A stretch of 64,000 nucleotides of DNA from an uncultured archaeon (GTDB taxonomy: Archaea > Altiarchaeota > Altiarchaeia > IMC4 > SCGC-AAA252-I15): contig CAZPLO010000001.1 in assembly GCA_964587725.1 (NCBI GenBank), positions 151,208 to 215,207 on the forward strand. The letters are read 5' to 3'. The position numbers and the translations under genes were made by a program. Under the pieces are notes generated by a model, which saw only the letters and a list, made by a program, of their open reading frames with translations, made no database searches and was not told the origin of the DNA. This document shows, in pieces, positions 59,206-64,000 of this stretch. Within the stretch, counting starts at the first letter, position 1; each line of letters opens with the position of its first letter.

Positions 59206-61653
59206 ATGTTTAACATGGGCTCCGCTTCCAAGGCAGTCGCGGTGACACTCCTGCTCACACTCATAATATCCGGCATAGACGCCGGCGAAGCCAGTTCAGA
59301 TGAGAAAAGAGCCGAACTTCACCGCTCCGTTATGAGGAAGATTGCGTCGCAGATGGGGTGGCCCGCCAACATCATAGAGGGCCGGGGCAGATTCAAGGAC
59401 AAGTCCTTCATGGTCACGTCCACAGGATATGGGCGCATGACCGAGGCCGAGGGAGTCTACATCGAATGGGTTCCGGAGGGCTACGAGGACTACGACCGCG
59501 CCGTCATATCCTATGTGGGCAGTGAGAAGGCGAAAAACACCATAGACACCCTCGCCGTCAACGGCCTGCACCGCACAGGCTACCGGGGACACGACGGCGT
59601 AATCATGCGGAAGGGCGAGATAGTGTGTGAGGCGGGCGGCTTGACGGGCTCCATACTGGAGGGACTGAAGTTCTCGGTCCGGATGATGGAGAGGATACTC
59701 AACACGGACGTGGATGAGAGCAGCATCTGCGCCGAATACTACGGCACCGTATCATGGAGGTGCGGAGACTACCTGTTCATAGCCAGCAGCGCCGACGAAG
59801 ACGACAACAGCATGCAGATAGCAGACACGATATACCGGAACGCCGAGGACGCCGGACTGTGTGCAGGATACCTGGACGTCCACGGAGAAGTGACAGACGG
59901 CAACGGACGGCCGCTGAAAAACGTTAAAGTCGGATTGGACTACAGGAAAAAAGGCGGGGGGTGGAGGGAGTACGGGGTGACCCGCTCAGACAACAGGGGC
60001 GGTTTCATAATATACTACGACCCCCTTGAACTTGGGAGCGCGGGCGGGGACGTGGAGGGGATGATGTGGGTTGAACTGGAGGACATGAACAAACGCTTCC
60101 GCATAATATACAACCAGGACCCTGGAAATGCACCGTACATTGTGGAGAGCAAGCCGTTCAAGCTGCCGCGTAAAACGGAGGTCAACATGATGCTGCGCGG
60201 CGACAACCGCGAACTTGCGGCATGCCGCGGCTGCGGCGACAGCGTGGAAAGGATATGGGGCGCAGGCGTACTCTACCACGACACGGAAAAAGTGTTCACG
60301 TTCACGCAGAACACCCTAGGCTACGACTTCAAGGGCGGAGGCAACACCATGCCGTTAAAGGTCTACATCTACGTCGACGGCGAGAGCTCGGCATACTATG
60401 ACCCATTGGAACGCGGCGGGGGAGTATTCCTGCCTACGAGCCGGAGCAGACACAACGTGTACACGGCGCCGGAAACGCCCATGTGGCACGAGTTCTTCCA
60501 CTACGCCATGTACAACAAATACCGGAGCTGGTCGCACTACGGCACTCCCGGAGACAACCACGGAGGCTTCAAAAACAACAACACCGGCGACTCATACGAG
60601 GAGGGGTTCGCGGAGTTCTGGCCCAACGTCGTTTCCATGGAACTTGACAGAGACACTGAACACCTGTACGGAGACTACAAAAACATCGAACTCAACTACA
60701 ACCCGTGGGTGAATGAGGGAATCGATGAGGACTTCGCGGTCGCGGCGTTGTTCTGGGACCTCATAGACAGAGACAACGACAGAGGCGACCGAATAACTAT
60801 TTCATACACGGCGTTGTGGGATGTTTTGATGGATAAGCCCCTCAGGAACATGGTGGAAGTCCACGACGCCCTAGTCGCAAGATGGCCAGACAAACAGGGG
60901 GAGATTGACTCGGTGTTCATATCCCACGGATTCTTCAGAGACACCAAGGAAGGAAACGGAGAATACGACCGCTACGAGCCGTACTGGGACGACGACGAAG
61001 ACGGGAAACGGGATGCGGGTGAGGACTACGTGGATGTGGGCACACCGGACGACATCCTGCTGCGGCCCCACCAAACCTACGATGAGGGGGAGACCGTTGG
61101 GACTGCCTCTAACTATAATCGGCCGTACAGGCTGGAGAAGCCGCTGACGGAGAACTCGTATGTGAAGGTGGACGTGCTCAGGAACGGCGGCCGCATAACC
61201 GACCCCGTCTTCAAGGTCTCATACAGTTTCCCGGACGACAGAGACTATGAGACAATAGGATTGGTTGACGAGGAAACAGGGTACGTGTACGTTGAGATAC
61301 CGCCGGACAATCAGGGTATGACCGCCTCCATCACGGTCGGCAACTACCTGGACAGCGGAAGAATCACCGTGTCCTCAAACGAATACTATTCCCCGGAGAC
61401 TGCTGAGCGGGGCTACATAGATGCGGGAGAAATCACCGTCGGCGCCAGAAAGACAGACTACTGCAACGGCAACGGCGTCTGCGAGCCGGAGGAGGGTGGT
61501 TCCTGCGGCGACTGCCCGGCGGGCCAGATGGGGGAGCCGCAGGTCACGGGTAATTTAAGGACTAGGAAGGGTGGTGGATTATGCTGCTGCCTCCCGTTCC
61601 TGACTGCGGCACTGGCGTTCGCGGCGGCCGCAGTCGGTAAAACAGTTTTTTGA
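59206..61653 (+). CDS. Large secreted zinc-metallopeptidase-like surface protein with C-terminal anchor
   Basis: Signal peptide; HEFFH plus downstream EEGFAEF; LFWDL; Asp-rich motifs; CNGNGVCE repeat; GGLCCCLPFL + hydrophobic tail. Confidence 0.7.
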   Translation: MFNMGSASKAVAVTLLLTLIISGIDAGEASSDEKRAELHRSVMRKIASQMGWPANIIEGRGRFKDKSFMVTSTGYGRMTEAEGVYIEWVPEGYEDYDRAVISYVGSEKAKNTIDTLAVNGLHRTGYRGHDGVIMRKGEIVCEAGGLTGSILEGLKFSVRMMERILNTDVDESSICAEYYGTVSWRCGDYLFIASSADEDDNSMQIADTIYRNAEDAGLCAGYLDVHGEVTDGNGRPLKNVKVGLDYRKKGGGWREYGVTRSDNRGGFIIYYDPLELGSAGGDVEGMMWVELEDMNKRFRIIYNQDPGNAPYIVESKPFKLPRKTEVNMMLRGDNRELAACRGCGDSVERIWGAGVLYHDTEKVFTFTQNTLGYDFKGGGNTMPLKVYIYVDGESSAYYDPLERGGGVFLPTSRSRHNVYTAPETPMWHEFFHYAMYNKYRSWSHYGTPGDNHGGFKNNNTGDSYEEGFAEFWPNVVSMELDRDTEHLYGDYKNIELNYNPWVNEGIDEDFAVAALFWDLIDRDNDRGDRITISYTALWDVLMDKPLRNMVEVHDALVARWPDKQGEIDSVFISHGFFRDTKEGNGEYDRYEPYWDDDEDGKRDAGEDYVDVGTPDDILLRPHQTYDEGETVGTASNYNRPYRLEKPLTENSYVKVDVLRNGGRITDPVFKVSYSFPDDRDYETIGLVDEETGYVYVEIPPDNQGMTASITVGNYLDSGRITVSSNEYYSPETAERGYIDAGEITVGARKTDYCNGNGVCEPEEGGSCGDCPAGQMGEPQVTGNLRTRKGGGLCCCLPFLTAALAFAAAAVGKTVF

Positions 61654-61705
61654 AACAGTTTAAAGTTTTTTTGAAATATTTTAAAAGAAAGTTTAAACAG
61701 TTTAA

Positions 61706-61775
61706 AAAGGTGTCTCCGGCGGGGGCGGGGTGCTGAGACTGGCCGCCCCCCGTCCGGAGAGCCCCAAGCGATTAC
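61706..61775 (-). ncRNA. Candidate small structured RNA or strong terminator hairpin
   Basis: About 16-bp GC stem TCTCCGGCGGGGGCGG...CCGCCCCCCGTCCGGAGA (61713-61760) in AT-rich intergenic DNA. Confidence 0.3.
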
Positions 61776-61829
61776 ATGAACGTATTCGATTTCTTTTAAA
61801 AAGCGGTGTCGGTAGAGCTGTGGAAAAGT

Positions 61830-62078
61830 TTATTTGACGGTGAGTTCGGTTGAATCTTTAACAGTCCTGCTCTCGCGCTCCAGCCGCCTTAACTGCCGGA
61901 ACGCCTTCATAACCCGCCGGAAGCCGAAGGTGAACAGGAACGCGCCGGCTCCGAATGCCAGCAGACCAGGCAGCAGGCTTCCGCTGGCGTACAAATCCGC
62001 CAGGCCCAGCAGCGCCACCGACAACCCCAGCGGCAGCAACAGACCCAGGAGAACGTGCAGGAGGAAGGACTTATTCAT
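61830..62078 (-). CDS. Small two-TM protein
   Basis: Two hydrophobic helices, basic tail; last gene of the AAA operon. Confidence 0.65.
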   Translation of the reverse strand: MNKSFLLHVLLGLLLPLGLSVALLGLADLYASGSLLPGLLAFGAGAFLFTFGFRRVMKAFRQLRRLERESRTVKDSTELTVK

Positions 62079-62079
62079 C

Positions 62080-62229
62080 TTACAGTCCGTATTTTTCCTT
62101 GAGCCCGCGTATCTGCTGGTCGGTCATCCCGCACTCCATCATCTGTCGTCTGTCTTCGGGGTTGTTCCAGAGTTTCACCACCGCCTTCGCGTACACGCGG
62201 TCGACTCCCTTAAGCTCCTTGGCCGTCAT
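62080..62229 (-). CDS. Small 49-aa protein (absent from ORF track)
   Basis: MTAKELKGVDRVYAKAVVKLWNNPEDRRQMMECGMTDQQIRGLKEKYGL; overlaps the AAA 3' end and stops 1 nt before the next ATG. Confidence 0.55.
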   Translation of the reverse strand: MTAKELKGVDRVYAKAVVKLWNNPEDRRQMMECGMTDQQIRGLKEKYGL

Positions 62230-64000
62230 CGCCGAGCTGCGCCTCCAATTCAATCAACTGCTTCTCGTATTCGGTGACAATCTCCTTGAACGTCTGCTCG
62301 TCTATCTGCCGGCGGTGGTATTTTTCCCTTGCTATGTTGATTTTCTTCTCCAACCCCCTCTTTCGCCTCTGAAGTTCGTCGGCGCCGGGGCCGCTGCCCT
62401 GCACCATGCTCCAGAGTTCAGGGTATAGAGTGCGTTCGTCGGAGTTCTCCAGCTCCTGGCGGGCCTGAACGAACCATGCGGAGATTGATGGTTTGCGTTG
62501 TGAAAGGACTTGCTTGAAGTCTTCCACCGAAACCGGTCGGGCGTCCCCCGACTTCAACGACTCCTTCCACGGAATCTTAGCAGCCTCGTCGCAGATAAGC
62601 TTGATATCCGCCGAACTGTAACCTTCGGTCGATTCCGCAAGCTTTCGGAAGTTGACGGAGTCGTCCACCGGCCTGCCGTCGATGTGTATCTTGAATATCT
62701 CCTCCCGCCCCTCCAAGTCGGGAGGCGGGACGAAGATTTGGTCGCTGAATCTTCCGGCACGCCTTAAAGCAGGGTCGATGTCCCACGGCGCGTTGGTGGC
62801 GGCCAACACCACCACACCCTCCACAGCCTCAAAACCATCCATCTCCGCCAGGAACTGGTTGATAAGTCTCCTCTCCGCACCCCCCTTGCTCGAACTGCGC
62901 TGGCCGGCGACGGCATCCACCTCATCAAAGAAAATAACCGCCGGCGTGTTACGAGACGCACGCTCGAAAATACTGTGGAGGCGACGCTCAGTCTCCCCCT
63001 CATCTGGGGATAGTAAGTCGGTTATTTTCACGTTGAAGAAGCTAGAGTTAGCCTCTCCGGCCGTGGCGCGTGCTATGTAGGTTTTCCCGCAGCCGGGGGG
63101 GCCGTACAACAGTATGCCGCCGCCGACCTGGCGGCCGTATTCGCGGGCTAATTTAGGGTTCTCCAGCGGATAAACGACTTTGTTGCGTATCGCCTCCTTC
63201 ACGTCTTCAAGGCCGCCCACGGCGTTGAAGTCGAGTTCTGGTTTCTCGACCGCCTCTACTCCGCCGGCGCGCTTGAACACGTACTCTGAAAGGCCTGTGT
63301 AGAGTTCGGACTCGCCGCTTTCACGCAACTGTTTCTCTGCCTGCTTGAGCCAGGGGGTGATGGACGGCTTCCGCTCCGAAAGGACCTTTTTGAAGTCCTC
63401 CATTGATATGGGCCGCTTCTCGCCGGACTCCATCGACTCCTTCCACGGAATCTTAGCAGCCTCGTCGCAGATAAGCTTGATATCCGCCGAACTGTAACCT
63501 TCGGTCGATTCCGCAAGCTTTCGGAAGTTGACGGAGTCGTCCACCGGCCTGCCGTCGATGTGTATCTTGAATATCTCCTCCCGCCCCTCCAAGTCGGGAG
63601 GCGGGACGAAGATTTGGTCGCTGAATCTTCCGGCACGCCTTAAAGCAGGGTCGATGTCCCACGGCGCGTTGGTGGCGGCCAACACCACCACACCCTCCAC
63701 AGCCTCAAAACCATCCATCTCCGCCAGGAACTGGTTGATAAGTCTCCTCTCCGCACCCCCCTTGCTCGAACTGCGCTGGCCGGCGACGGCATCCACCTCA
63801 TCAAAGAAAATAACCGCCGGCGTGTTACGAGACGCACGCTCGAAAATACTGTGGAGGCGACGCTCAGTCTCCCCCTCATCTGGGGATAGTAAGTCGGTTA
63901 TTTTCACGTTGAAGAAGCTAGAGTTAGCCTCTCCGGCCGTGGCGCGTGCTATGTAGGTTTTCCCGCAGCCGGGGGGGCCGTACAACAGTATGCCGCCGCC
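62210..64000 (-). CDS. Tandem AAA+ ATPase (Cdc48/Vps4-like), 5' end outside the window
   Basis: Two domains each with GPPGCGKT, IFFDE, AATN, ALRRAGRF, GYSSADI; C-terminal helical tail. Confidence 0.92.
   Translation of the reverse strand, partial: GGGILLYGPPGCGKTYIARATAGEANSSFFNVKITDLLSPDEGETERRLHSIFERASRNTPAVIFFDEVDAVAGQRSSSKGGAERRLINQFLAEMDGFEAVEGVVVLAATNAPWDIDPALRRAGRFSDQIFVPPPDLEGREEIFKIHIDGRPVDDSVNFRKLAESTEGYSSADIKLICDEAAKIPWKESMESGEKRPISMEDFKKVLSERKPSITPWLKQAEKQLRESGESELYTGLSEYVFKRAGGVEAVEKPELDFNAVGGLEDVKEAIRNKVVYPLENPKLAREYGRQVGGGILLYGPPGCGKTYIARATAGEANSSFFNVKITDLLSPDEGETERRLHSIFERASRNTPAVIFFDEVDAVAGQRSSSKGGAERRLINQFLAEMDGFEAVEGVVVLAATNAPWDIDPALRRAGRFSDQIFVPPPDLEGREEIFKIHIDGRPVDDSVNFRKLAESTEGYSSADIKLICDEAAKIPWKESLKSGDARPVSVEDFKQVLSQRKPSISAWFVQARQELENSDERTLYPELWSMVQGSGPGADELQRRKRGLEKKINIAREKYHRRQIDEQTFKEIVTEYEKQLIELEAQLGDDGQGA
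62558..64000. repeat. Intragenic direct repeat, 62558-63124 = 63434-64000 (offset 876)
   Basis: No mismatch found by eye; alternative-frame ORFs in the track recur identically at +876. Confidence 0.92.

Noticed and set aside
62558-64000. Repeat as a DGR template/variable pair or mobile element
   Set aside because: No adenine-specific mismatches, no reverse transcriptase or transposase; both copies are in-frame coding domains

Overview
Gene-dense archaeal chromosomal window of moderately high GC, with about 70 CDS and no tRNA, rRNA, CRISPR array, integrase or transposase that I could detect. The markers are unambiguously archaeal: MCM, RadA, LonB, Kae1, EndA, PriL, aIF6, Hef, HerA, archaeal SAM synthetase, the HMG-CoA synthase/thiolase/DUF35 cluster and form III RuBisCO. 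Scattered biosynthetic genes (purD, purM, hisA, hisB, argC, pheA, ilvE, pyrH), Cys-rich surface proteins and many orphan ORFs suggest an uncultured lineage, possibly Altiarchaeota-like; that assignment is an impression and has not been tested. Most notable: (1) a single-chain fusion of a RaSEA-like radical SAM domain with the ArcS/DUF5591 catalytic domain (candidate one-protein archaeosine synthase, 43520-44821); (2) a tandem AAA+ ATPase whose two ATPase cores appear nucleotide-identical over at least 567 bp and lack the aromatic pore-loop residue; (3) a CbrT-type ECF transporter divergent from a DUF4430/transcobalamin-like surface protein, with a perfect operator-like palindrome between them; (4) an orphan cluster after rbcL containing a frameshifted gene and a paralog pair sharing an unrecognised N-terminal domain; (5) two isolated GC-rich hairpins with TATA-like boxes that may be small RNAs. 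All family assignments come from motif recognition by eye; no database searches were run.
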